Positions 36,588 to 45,834 of a DNA stretch of 64,000 nucleotides are shown here, one piece after another (the stretch's first letter is position 1; every line of letters starts with the position of its first letter). The position numbers were made by a program, and so were the translations under genes. Location of the stretch: contig JAGWLG010000011.1 in NCBI GenBank assembly GCA_028864975.1, forward strand, positions 26,081 to 90,080, given 5' to 3'. This DNA is from Thermoplasmata archaeon. GTDB lineage: Archaea > Thermoplasmatota > Thermoplasmata > Lutacidiplasmatales > UBA184. Below the pieces are notes generated by a model, which was not told the DNA's origin, made no database searches, and saw only the letters and a program-made list of their open reading frames with translations.

Positions 36588-38786
36588 CTACGGGCCGGGG
36601 GGAGCGGGAGGGGGGCCGACCCTTGGCCGTGCCTCCCCCAGCAAGACATCCAGGATCTCGCGCCCGTAGCGTTCGCACTTCGTGTAGCCGATGCCTCGAC
36701 AGAGCCGTAGTTCGGGGAGGGAGGCAGGGCGCCGCTCGACGATAGTGCGCAGGGTCGTGTCGTGCATAATCACGTACGCCGGCACCGCGTCCTGTCGCGC
36801 CCGCCTCCTCCGCCACTCTCGCAGGGCCTGTTCGAGGTGGGCCGAGCCGACCCTCTCTGCCGTGGTCGGTCCCGGGACCGGCTCGACAGGAAGGGCACCG
36901 TGCGGCGTGGGAGGAACGTGGCCCGAGACCTCCTCCATTCCTCGCGTCCCCGCGGGCACCTGCCCGTGCCCGTGCGATGGACTCGGAGGGGGAGCGGAGC
37001 CGAGGGGAAGAGCGGGGGAAAGCTTGGGATGAAGCTCGAGAATGGCCAGGACCTCCTCTGGGCGCACCTCCGGAGGGAGACGTACTCCCCGCAGGACCCG
37101 GAGCTCGGCGTCGGTACGGGGCCGGGCCTGTGCGATCTCGCGGAGGGCCCGTGTCCGAAGCACCTCACGGTGGCGGAGCCCGAGTCGGGAGGCGGTAGAG
37201 TTCCTCCACACCACGAGAGCTCGGAGAAGGGTCTCCTCCTCCGACGTCCACGACGACGTAGAAGGGGACGAAGAGGCACCAAGGTATCCCGTGTCCGAAG
37301 AGGGGGAGCGGAGAGGGGAGGGAGCTCGAGGAACGGAGACCCGAGCCGGTGAGCAAACGTCGCAGCAGGGTTCTGGGCGCCGAGGGAGGACCTGTCCAAA
37401 GTACCGGAGCAGAAACTCCCGCCGGCAGAACCTGCTCTCCGCGTAGCGTCGCATGTACTGAAGGTTACGAAGGCGGATCTCCTGGCGGCGGTGCATGGCC
37501 TCGAGGATCGCCCGTCGGTCCTCGTCCCCGATCGTCCGGTGAAGCACCACGGGGGACCAGGGGTCCCGGCCGCGCTGGCGCTCCAGGAGCTCCCTTGCCG
37601 CCAGGTAGGAGATGAGGTTGCGTGCGGCGTCCTCCTCCTCCGCGCTACGTGCCACGTGCCAGACGTCCCCTACGTGGAGCGCTCGGGCCTCCTCGAACTT
37701 GCCTTCGAGCCACGACCAGTTAGGCTCGTTCTTCTCCGCGAGGAACTCCTGCGTCCTCAGATCGCGGCAAGGGACGCAGGCCAGGATGCCGCGGGCCGCT
37801 TCACCATCGCGGCCGGCCCTGCCGACCTCCTGGGTGTAGGCCTCCAGCGACGAGGGGAGGCCCAGGTGGAGCACGGTCCGCAGGTCCGGCTTGTCCACCC
37901 CCATCCCGAAGGCGATGGTGGCGACCACCGCCCGCACTTCCCCCGCCATGAACCGGGTCTGGACCTCCTCCCGCCGCACCGGGTCCATCCCGGCATGGTA
38001 GGAGGGGACCGGTTCCCCGAGCCAGCCCTGGATCTTGGCCGCCCACTCGTCCGCGGCGTTGCGGCTCAGCGCGTAGGCTAGGAAGGGGCCCTTGAGGCCC
38101 CTCACCTGCTCCTCCAACCACAGTTCGTGGTCGGACGGTTTCCGGAAGGTCGTGACGTGGTATGAGAGGTTGGGCCGGTCCATGGGGGCGACCACGGGCT
38201 CCACCGGCGCCCGCAGCTCCTGGACGATCTCTTGTTGGACCGAGGGGGTGGCCGTTGCGGTGAGCGCGATCACCGGCGGGTGGCCCAACTGTTCGCGAAA
38301 GTAGGGGAGCAATCGGTAGAGCGGACGGAAGTCGTGTCCCCACTGGGAGAGGCAGTGGGCCTCGTCCACGGCGAGCAAGCTCCAACGCGACCCCTGGCAG
38401 GCCGAGAGGAACTCGGGCTGCCACAGCCTCTCGGGGGCGGCATACACGAGACGCGTCCCCTCGTCGCGGATGCGTTCCAGGTTGCGGGAGGTCGTCTCGG
38501 GGGGGTCGGTGCCCGTGACCGCGACGGCGTCGACCCCTCTCCTCTTCAGGGAGGCCACCTGGTCCTTCATCAGGGAGATGAGGGGGGAGACGACGAGGGT
38601 CTTGCCGGGAAGGAGCAGCGCGGGGAGCTGATAGCACAGGGACTTCCCGGAAGAGGTAGGGAGGACCGCGAGGACCGAACGGCCCGCGAGCACGCGCTCC
38701 ACGATCTCCCGCTGGAAAGGACGGAACGCTTCGAAGCCGAAGCGGTCGTGGAGCGTCCGTTCGAGCTCTACGTCCCACCGCTCCAT
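36588..38786 (-). CDS. recQ: RecQ family ATP-dependent DNA helicase with two HRDC domains
   Basis: [60 protein letters not shown], Zn site CRR...CCDVC, two HRDC repeats; ATG 38786. Confidence 0.93.
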   Translation of the reverse strand: MERWDVELERTLHDRFGFEAFRPFQREIVERVLAGRSVLAVLPTSSGKSLCYQLPALLLPGKTLVVSPLISLMKDQVASLKRRGVDAVAVTGTDPPETTSRNLERIRDEGTRLVYAAPERLWQPEFLSACQGSRWSLLAVDEAHCLSQWGHDFRPLYRLLPYFREQLGHPPVIALTATATPSVQQEIVQELRAPVEPVVAPMDRPNLSYHVTTFRKPSDHELWLEEQVRGLKGPFLAYALSRNAADEWAAKIQGWLGEPVPSYHAGMDPVRREEVQTRFMAGEVRAVVATIAFGMGVDKPDLRTVLHLGLPSSLEAYTQEVGRAGRDGEAARGILACVPCRDLRTQEFLAEKNEPNWSWLEGKFEEARALHVGDVWHVARSAEEEDAARNLISYLAARELLERQRGRDPWSPVVLHRTIGDEDRRAILEAMHRRQEIRLRNLQYMRRYAESRFCRREFLLRYFGQVLPRRPEPCCDVCSPARVSVPRAPSPLRSPSSDTGYLGASSSPSTSSWTSEEETLLRALVVWRNSTASRLGLRHREVLRTRALREIAQARPRTDAELRVLRGVRLPPEVRPEEVLAILELHPKLSPALPLGSAPPPSPSHGHGQVPAGTRGMEEVSGHVPPTPHGALPVEPVPGPTTAERVGSAHLEQALREWRRRRARQDAVPAYVIMHDTTLRTIVERRPASLPELRLCRGIGYTKCERYGREILDVLLGEARPRVGPPPAPPGP

Positions 38787-39259
38787 GGGGAAGGCACCTC
38801 CCAATCGGGGAGGCGAAGCAGGAGCTCCTGGAACTCCTCCTCGGAGAGCTTCCAGAGCGTGCGGTCCCACTCGCCCGCCCGCCCCACCACGAACTCCGAG
38901 AGGTCCTTGCGATGCCAGACGAAGAAGGAGGGGACCGGATGGCGCTGCGAGACCGAGAGGACCTCTCCCAGGCGAAGCATGACCGATTCCTTTCCCGCGT
39001 AGGGGGCGAGGACGCGGAGGAGGGACGCCGGCGGGACCGCCCGGTCCCAGGCGATGAGGTCGTAGAGCCCGACCACATCCAGGGTACCGTCGGGGAGGAT
39101 GCGGTACTCGATCTTGTCGACGTCCATGCAATACGCTCTTCGGGGGAGCTTTTGCTTGTGCCAGTCCCCGAAGTCCTTGGGCTCTCCAGGACCGGACGGG
39201 TGGCGGGGGCGGCTCTCCCACCGCGGGATGGGCGCGCTCTCGAGAGCTCGCGTGGACAT
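38768..39259 (-). CDS. Hypothetical protein, possible PD-(D/E)XK-like fold
   Basis: [21 protein letters not shown] motif; 3' end overlaps the recQ start by 19 bp. Confidence 0.55.
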   Translation of the reverse strand: MSTRALESAPIPRWESRPRHPSGPGEPKDFGDWHKQKLPRRAYCMDVDKIEYRILPDGTLDVVGLYDLIAWDRAVPPASLLRVLAPYAGKESVMLRLGEVLSVSQRHPVPSFFVWHRKDLSEFVVGRAGEWDRTLWKLSEEEFQELLLRLPDWEVPSPWSGGT

Positions 39260-39384
39260 GTGGGGCCCTAAGACTACGGTGGATAATAAGATATCTCACT
39301 ATGCAAACCGCTCAGCTCCTGAGCGCGGTCCCCCGATGGATTGATGTCGCCGCTTCTTACTCGTAGGGCACTGTAGTCTCCTCC

Positions 39385-40563
39385 ATGGCCCACCGCACGT
39401 CCCCTCTACCCCGCGAATATGATGCCCTGGTCCTCGGAGGGGGCATCGCCGGGAACGCTCTCGCGTACCACCTCGCCCACGAGCACGGCTGGAAGGTCTT
39501 CCTCTACGAGCGCGGGGCCCCCGGCGGGGGGGCGTCCGGGAAAGCGGCAGGGATCGTCTCATCGCAGTGCTGGAACTCCTGGGACGTGAAGGCTGTCGAG
39601 ACCTCCCGGCGGGAGTATCACCGTCTTTCCCGGGAGCACGACCCCACGCTCTTCCAGACCACGGGGGGAATCCGAGTTGTGTCCACCGAGAAGGGTGAGG
39701 AAGAGCTCGAACTCGCCCGCGCACGCCTGCGCGAAGCGCGGGTCCAAGTAGAGGTCCTCTCCCCTGCCGAGATTGGCAAGCTCCTGCCCTCCGCGAACCT
39801 CGAGGGCGTGCGGGCGGGCCTCCACACCCCGCTGGACGCGGTGGTGGCTCCGACGGACCTGACCCTGCTCTACGGGCGCCTCGCCCGAGAGAACGGCGCG
39901 GTCGTCGAGTCGGATCTGGGGGACGTCCGAGCGGAGCGAACGGGGGAGGGGTGGTCGCTCAGCGGTGAGCGCGTCCACGCGGAGGCGCCGCGGCTGATCC
40001 TGGCGTGCGGGGCTTGGACGAAGGGGGTCCTCTCCACGCTCGGACATCCCCTCCCGCTCGCGCCGTACCTGACCCGCGCCTGCTTGCTCAAGGCGGGCCA
40101 GAAGAGGGCCTTCCCCTGGGTGCACGACGCCGACCTCGACGTCTACGTCCGTCCCTTCCCTGGCGGGGACGTGCTCGCGGGCGACGGGACCGAGCTCAAG
40201 GAGGTCGACCCGGAGCACCTCACTCCCTCCAGCGACCTGCCCTTCCTCGAGAACGTGGCTTCGTTCATGGAGCGGCGGTTCCCGAAGTGGGCCTCCGCCT
40301 CCGTAGGGTCCTCCTGGCACGGCGTGTGCGTCTCCACCCCCGACCGACGCCCTCTGATCGGGGCGGTGCCGGGGGCCCAAGGCCTGCACGTCATCAGCGG
40401 GTTCAACGGCTTCGGGGTCATGCGCGCCGGGGCGTCCTCCCGGTGGTTGGCCGACGCGATGGCCAAGGGCTCCTCCCCTGAGCTTCGCCCGGTCGACCCT
40501 GCGAGGTTCCCCCTTCCCTACCCCCCCTTCGAGCCCCGGCCGGGATTCACGCTCGAGCCCTAG
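39385..40563 (+). CDS. FAD-dependent oxidoreductase (sarcosine oxidase beta/DAO family)
   Basis: LVLGGGIAG, GASGKAAG, ILACGAWT, TPDRRPLIG, GFNGFG. Confidence 0.9.
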   Translation: MAHRTSPLPREYDALVLGGGIAGNALAYHLAHEHGWKVFLYERGAPGGGASGKAAGIVSSQCWNSWDVKAVETSRREYHRLSREHDPTLFQTTGGIRVVSTEKGEEELELARARLREARVQVEVLSPAEIGKLLPSANLEGVRAGLHTPLDAVVAPTDLTLLYGRLARENGAVVESDLGDVRAERTGEGWSLSGERVHAEAPRLILACGAWTKGVLSTLGHPLPLAPYLTRACLLKAGQKRAFPWVHDADLDVYVRPFPGGDVLAGDGTELKEVDPEHLTPSSDLPFLENVASFMERRFPKWASASVGSSWHGVCVSTPDRRPLIGAVPGAQGLHVISGFNGFGVMRAGASSRWLADAMAKGSSPELRPVDPARFPLPYPPFEPRPGFTLEP

Positions 40564-40674
40564 CGGGAACGGCGGAGAACGGCTCGAGCCCACCTCGTCC
40601 CTCGCTCACTTTCTGGGAATCACGTATCGTGGGCCTCCCGGCCCCCTGGAGTAGGTCTTCCACGTGGTTCCGGC

Positions 40675-41040
40675 ATGGGCGGACCCACCCTCCTCCTGCT
40701 CGAGGAGACCCCCTCTCTCGCGTCCGGCCTGGCGACCGTCCTAGCCCAGGGGGGGTTCGAGGTCGTCCCTACCCGCGCGACGTCGGAGGCCCTGAGGTAC
40801 GTGCGCTCCCCCCGAGGCCTTCGGCTCCGGTTGATCCTGGTCGTCAGCGACGAACCGGTCTCGGGTGCGACGAAGGCCCTTATGCGCGACCTCGAGGGCC
40901 CCGCGCGCCGGGTGCCACGACTGCTCGTCCACGGACCTCGGTTCCGCCTCACCCCGGGCGTGCAGCGGGAGTTCGAGGCGGTCCCGGCCTCGGGACGATC
41001 CGAATCCCTCGTGGCGCGCTGCCGAGAGCTCGCGAAGTGA
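40675..41040 (+). CDS. Degenerate stand-alone response-regulator receiver-like protein
   Basis: LLLLEE..SLASGLATVL..GGFEVV...TSEAL, then LILVVSD, VPRLLV; canonical catalytic residues not intact. Confidence 0.55.
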   Translation: MGGPTLLLLEETPSLASGLATVLAQGGFEVVPTRATSEALRYVRSPRGLRLRLILVVSDEPVSGATKALMRDLEGPARRVPRLLVHGPRFRLTPGVQREFEAVPASGRSESLVARCRELAK

Positions 41041-41049
41041 CAAGAGGAC

Positions 41050-44000
41050 CTACGCGTCCGACGCGTCATCCCCGCCCGAGGCGACCTCGTCGGAGCTCGG
41101 ACCTGGGCTCGCCTTGCTGGGCTCGTCCGCACTGGGCGGACCGGCGCGACCCCCGTCGTCCGAAGCGGCAGAAGAAGAGCTCCCTGAGGAGGGAGGATCA
41201 CCTGCGGGAGCTTCCGAGGGCTCCTCGATCGAGATGGGGGAGGTGTCCTCGGACGCGGGCTTCTCGTCCGTGGGAAGAACGCTGGCCGGAGCCTCGGCGG
41301 GGGGCTCTTCGGTTTCCGGTCGAGCCGATGCGGGTCCGGAGGAGCTCTCCGCGCGGGGTTCCTCTTTGGCTCCGCTCTGCATCAGGGCCGCCCCCCCGGC
41401 GCCGCCGGACTCTGCGGTCGTCGGCAGCCCCTTGCTGCGCCGCCGTCCGAACGCGAGCGCCAGGATGAGCGCGATCGCGAGGGCGATGACCAAGGCGATC
41501 AGCCCCCAGTCGAGGGTGCTGAGCCCCTTGTTCTGCGGCGCGATGGACGTGCTCGAGCTGCTGGGCCGGAACACGGAGATGGCGACAGAGGTCGCGCCGG
41601 ACACGCCCCGGACCGTCGCACTGAAGGTCTCGAGCGACGCCCCGGTGGTCGAACCGGCCGTGAAATTGAACCAGGCCAGGCCCATGCCATTGGTCGTCTC
41701 GGTGTTGCTGGCGAAAGTGCCGAGCGCGGGAGGGGACGCTGTGACGACCATGCCAGCTTCGACCGAGCCAGAGGTGCCGTTCGTGAGGGTGACCACGAAT
41801 CCGGTGACGTTCCCCGGCCAGATCGCGACGGACGTAGGGGTCGCCACCAGGCTGAGCACCCACCCCCGGCTACCGGGCGGCGGCGCCGCGAGGGTCTCGA
41901 TCGCGGACGACGCGGTCGTCGAGTTGTACCCGTTCAGGGTGGCGGTCCCGACGACCAGGCTCGTCGCCGACTGGGAGAGGCTCGTCGAGCCTGTGAAGTT
42001 CGTGAACACCTCGCCGGCTCCGTTGGCTGTGCCCGTCGTCGGGCTCACGGATCCCGGGCCCGAGGCGACCTGCATGAAGACCGACGCTCCGTTCGCGGGA
42101 ACGCCGCCCCCGCTCGTCGGCCTGTGAACGGTGAAGATGAGCTCCACCGTGGGCGCGGTCCAGTTCACCGTGTGGGTCAGAGGGGAGACGGTCATAGAGA
42201 GCGCCTTGGGCCCACCCCCACCCCCGCCGCCGCCCGAGCCTCCCGCAAGGACCGTGACCGTGGAAGAGGACGCCGCGCTTACGTTCATGGGCGCCCAAGC
42301 GGTCGAGTTCAGCGCGACGGTGTAGGGCACCGGGGAAACCGCGGGAGCGGTCCAGTTGGAGTAGGCATATCCCGCGCTGTCGGCGGTCGTTGTGGCGGGG
42401 AAGAACGTCCCGAGCGCCGCGGAGAAGTTGACCAACGCACCCGCCGCCGGGCCGCCCAGCGCCCCGCCAGGCTTGTGCCATTGGACCTGGGCGACGAGCG
42501 CCGTGGGTTGGCCCGAGGCGACGGGGTTCGTCGCGATGGTGGTGGCGAGCGAAAGCCGGTTGACCCCCGGTCCCGGCGCGGGGCCGAAAGCGGTGAGGTT
42601 TCCCGTTGTCCCTCCGCCCACCGGGTCGGAAGCGGCGAAGAGGCGGCTGTAGGCGAGAGCGAAGTTGCTCCGGACCGCCGCCGAGAGGGTGGTGCTCCAC
42701 TCCACGTTCCCGGTGTTCACACTGAGAGCGTAGAGGTCGCCCGCGGAATCCGCGACGTAGGCGACGTCCCCCGCGATGGCCGCCGAGCCGACAGGTGTCC
42801 CGCCCAGGGTGCGGTTCCATTGCTGCGAGAGCTGGGCCCCCCCGGAGGATACGGTGAAGTTCCAACGGCTGACCGTGCCGTTGAGGTCGGTGACGACGAG
42901 CCCTACCCCATGCCTCCAGTCCGAAACGATCGTTGGGGTAGAAACGAGACCGCAGTCGGTGGCGGGGTTGGTGGTCTGGAGCAGGGCGACCCCGGGATAG
43001 CTGTGCGCGGTGAGGTTCATCGCGACCAGATGGCTCGCCGCCCCCGGGCCTGCGTCGTCACCGAAGAACCCGTACGGCCACAACGAGGTGCCCCCGGCCG
43101 TCATGTTGGCGACGGATATGGACCCCGTGTCGGTCCCGGTCCAAGCGAGGGCCTGTCCGCCGCCGAGCCCGTTCGGAGCCGGGTAGCCGGGGACGTTGGG
43201 ATAGGCCGTCGCCCCGTTCAATTGGTAGCCGCGCACGACGTTGTGGCCGCCTCCTCCACCGTTGCCGTCGAGGTAGAATGCCCCCCAAACCGGGCTTCCC
43301 CCTCCCCCGATACCTGGGAGAAGGGCGATGGAGGGGGAGCTCGTGGTACGGGTCCCCCCGGCCCTCGCCGCTGCGTTAGAGCCGAGGAAGGTCAGAGCGG
43401 TGCCGCTCCAGGTGTAGCTGTACACGAAACCGTAGAAGTCGGTGAAGAGCAATCCGGCGTTGCCCCCGAAATCGGGCCCGCTCAGGGGGACCGGGGAGTT
43501 GGGCGCCGCGCCGCCACCCCACTGCCCCGCGGTCTGCGGGATCGACTGCATGATCGTCCCGTTGGTGGCATTCAGCGCGTAGAGGGAGCTGCAGCCGGCG
43601 GCCGCTCCGCCGGTGCAGGGAGGAAAGCCGCCCAGGTCCTGGGAGAGGAAGAGCATGCCGCGCCACAGGGCGGGCGTTCCGTCGACGGCGACGCCGGGGA
43701 CCCCCCGGTCGAGCGTCGTGTTCCAGACTCTAGCCCCCGTCGTCGCGTTGAGCGCGAGGATGTCATCTCCTGCCGCGAAGAAGACCAAGCCCTGACCAAC
43801 GACCGGCGACGAGACCATGGGATAGTCGCCCCCGTCGGGGAAGTTGGGCAATGTCGTGTTCCAATCGACGTTGGAGGCGACCGGAGTGTCCCCGGAGAGC
43901 CCGGAGTTCGCAGAGTCGTGCTGGAACTCCGTCCAGGTGTCCTGCCCGTAGTTGGGACGAACGGTCCCGGAGGCGGCGGCGGCATGGACAGGTGCGGGAG

Positions 44001-44097
44001 TCCCCCAGGTAGCGGGAGGCGCGGCCCCCACGTTCGGCAGGGCCATCAGCAGGGCGATCGACACGACCATCAGCAGTGCGGGCCGGCTCGCGAACAT
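41050..44097 (-). CDS. Cell-surface protein: signal peptide, PQQ/BamB-like beta-propeller, Ig-like domains, C-terminal TM and acidic tail
   Basis: WTEFQHDSANSG, SSPVVGQG, LALNATTGARVW, LYALSVNTGNVEW; TM WGLIALVIALAIALILALAF followed by RRRSK. Confidence 0.88.
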   Translation of the reverse strand: MFASRPALLMVVSIALLMALPNVGAAPPATWGTPAPVHAAAASGTVRPNYGQDTWTEFQHDSANSGLSGDTPVASNVDWNTTLPNFPDGGDYPMVSSPVVGQGLVFFAAGDDILALNATTGARVWNTTLDRGVPGVAVDGTPALWRGMLFLSQDLGGFPPCTGGAAAGCSSLYALNATNGTIMQSIPQTAGQWGGGAAPNSPVPLSGPDFGGNAGLLFTDFYGFVYSYTWSGTALTFLGSNAAARAGGTRTTSSPSIALLPGIGGGGSPVWGAFYLDGNGGGGGHNVVRGYQLNGATAYPNVPGYPAPNGLGGGQALAWTGTDTGSISVANMTAGGTSLWPYGFFGDDAGPGAASHLVAMNLTAHSYPGVALLQTTNPATDCGLVSTPTIVSDWRHGVGLVVTDLNGTVSRWNFTVSSGGAQLSQQWNRTLGGTPVGSAAIAGDVAYVADSAGDLYALSVNTGNVEWSTTLSAAVRSNFALAYSRLFAASDPVGGGTTGNLTAFGPAPGPGVNRLSLATTIATNPVASGQPTALVAQVQWHKPGGALGGPAAGALVNFSAALGTFFPATTTADSAGYAYSNWTAPAVSPVPYTVALNSTAWAPMNVSAASSSTVTVLAGGSGGGGGGGGPKALSMTVSPLTHTVNWTAPTVELIFTVHRPTSGGGVPANGASVFMQVASGPGSVSPTTGTANGAGEVFTNFTGSTSLSQSATSLVVGTATLNGYNSTTASSAIETLAAPPPGSRGWVLSLVATPTSVAIWPGNVTGFVVTLTNGTSGSVEAGMVVTASPPALGTFASNTETTNGMGLAWFNFTAGSTTGASLETFSATVRGVSGATSVAISVFRPSSSSTSIAPQNKGLSTLDWGLIALVIALAIALILALAFGRRRSKGLPTTAESGGAGGAALMQSGAKEEPRAESSSGPASARPETEEPPAEAPASVLPTDEKPASEDTSPISIEEPSEAPAGDPPSSGSSSSAASDDGGRAGPPSADEPSKASPGPSSDEVASGGDDASDA

Positions 44098-44236
44098 CGC
44101 CGGGTCTAACGGACGTGGCTCCTCATGAAGCTACGCTCGAGGGGGTTCCGGCCTAGCCGTGGGGACCCTCCCAGGGCCCCTGAACCTTGGGGCCCCTTCC
44201 AGGTCCGGGCCGCCGTGGAGGCAGCGGCCGCGACCC

Positions 44237-44905
44237 CTAGGCCTGTGTGATGGAGAGAACGATCTGGTCCTGCTGGACCCACGCCAAGGTCCCCCGCGCT
44301 CCCGTCCCGGCGATCTCCTCTGTGAGGACGATCGTCGCGGTCCCTCCGGGGGCGCCCAACGTGGTCGTGATCCGGGGACCGAACGCGCGGGCGGCCTGAA
44401 GCGGGTTCAGGGACGTCGAGAGCGGGGGAACGCTCGTGCTCTGCAAGTTCATCGTGTTGGTCGTGCATCCCGCGCCGGCCCTCGCCAGGCAGACCGCGAC
44501 CCGTCCCATGTTCGCGGTCCAAGAGTTCGAGCTGAGGCCGATCTCCCCCCGGGTCCCGCGAAGAGCGGTGAATCGCACGGGCTCGGCGAAAGTGAAGGCG
44601 GTCCCCCGACAGCCGCGAGGCAGGGTGATGGTGACCTGAGCGCGAGTGGAGGAGGGGTACACCGTGGTCGTGACCACCGCGGTCCCACATCGCAGACGGA
44701 CGTTGGCGGCGGCGCTGGAGAGCGGCACAGGGGTGGCCTGGCTTCCCCCGGAGCCGAGGTTGTCCTCGGCCACCGCCACATGGGCCACACTGTCGGGGAG
44801 GAGGAGCAGGACGAGGAGGAACAGGGCACCCGCTCCCGCCCACGGTGCCCACTTCCCTCGGGGCCCGGTCTCTCTCCACGACCCGACGCGCAAGGCTCCG
44901 CCCAT
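44237..44905 (-). CDS. Secreted protein, divergent member of the local pilin-like paralog family
   Basis: Basic n-region and hydrophobic h-region; GSGGSQATP aligns with GSVGSAGSP of the upstream gene; four Cys; starts 15 bp after 44921. Confidence 0.7.
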   Translation of the reverse strand: MGGALRVGSWRETGPRGKWAPWAGAGALFLLVLLLLPDSVAHVAVAEDNLGSGGSQATPVPLSSAAANVRLRCGTAVVTTTVYPSSTRAQVTITLPRGCRGTAFTFAEPVRFTALRGTRGEIGLSSNSWTANMGRVAVCLARAGAGCTTNTMNLQSTSVPPLSTSLNPLQAARAFGPRITTTLGAPGGTATIVLTEEIAGTGARGTLAWVQQDQIVLSITQA

Positions 44906-44920
44906 CTCGCTTCGACCCTC

Positions 44921-45673
44921 CTACGCCACCGCCAACACCGTGATGGTAGCGGGGGTTGTCGTCGAGGCCCCGGTGTTCGTGACCGCCAGTAGGAAGGAGA
45001 AGTAGAGGACCGTGACCCCCGCGCCCGTCCCCGACGCCACGATGATGCTCGCGCCGGAGCCGACGGCCGTGATGGGCAGGTTCACCTGGGTCCCCGCGCA
45101 GGTGGGCGCGTAGATCGCCCAGGGGTTCCCGTTGCCGTCGATCCCGCTCGCCAGAGCGGGACCCGTGTCCGCGACCCCCGTGGGGGCCGCGGTGCAGTAG
45201 GACACGTAGGCCGCGTTGACCCCCGTCGCGACGAGCGCGGAGCTGACGGCCACGTTCAGGGTCCAGGCGACCGTGGTTGCGACCACGGTCTGGAACGCGA
45301 GCGTGTCGAGCGTGTAGGTCGAGGCGGCGCCGTCCGCGCCATTGACGGCCACGGTCACGGAGGTCTGGGCGGCGTTCGCGTACGTGTCGAGCTGGAAGCC
45401 CTGGGCGCTCGCTGTGGCGTAGTTGGCCCCATTGACGAACTTGAAGGGGCTTCCGGCCGACCCCACCGACCCGAAGGCACGGTAGGCGAGGATCACATCC
45501 GCCGCGACCACGCCCGCCCCCACGGACAGGCCTACCAGGGAGGCGACCGCGATCCACGCCGCGGGCGACCACCGTGCTGTCCGACGTCGGGACCCCCCCG
45601 AAGAGCGGGGCGCCCGGGTGATGCGGATCGGTCCCAGGTCCACATGCCAAGAAGCGCTCCCCCCAGATATCAC
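44921..45673 (-). CDS. Secreted pilin/fibre-subunit-like protein (ADVILxY family, copy 1)
   Basis: Signal-like N-terminus, AA|DVILAY...GSPFKFVNGANY; beta-rich body. The true start may be GTG 45643. Confidence 0.8.
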   Translation of the reverse strand: MISGGSASWHVDLGPIRITRAPRSSGGSRRRTARWSPAAWIAVASLVGLSVGAGVVAADVILAYRAFGSVGSAGSPFKFVNGANYATASAQGFQLDTYANAAQTSVTVAVNGADGAASTYTLDTLAFQTVVATTVAWTLNVAVSSALVATGVNAAYVSYCTAAPTGVADTGPALASGIDGNGNPWAIYAPTCAGTQVNLPITAVGSGASIIVASGTGAGVTVLYFSFLLAVTNTGASTTTPATITVLAVA

Positions 45674-45834
45674 ACTTTAGCCACGCCGGCTCGGGGGGGT
45701 TATACGGGTACGCATGAACCTGTATTGACTCGGGTTTCGGGCCCAAGGGGCCCGCCCTTCCGTCACGGGGGGAACGACCGAGGAATCCTTGAGGAGGCTT
45801 GTCCTCGCCTGGAAGGAGGGACCGCGCGCAAACC

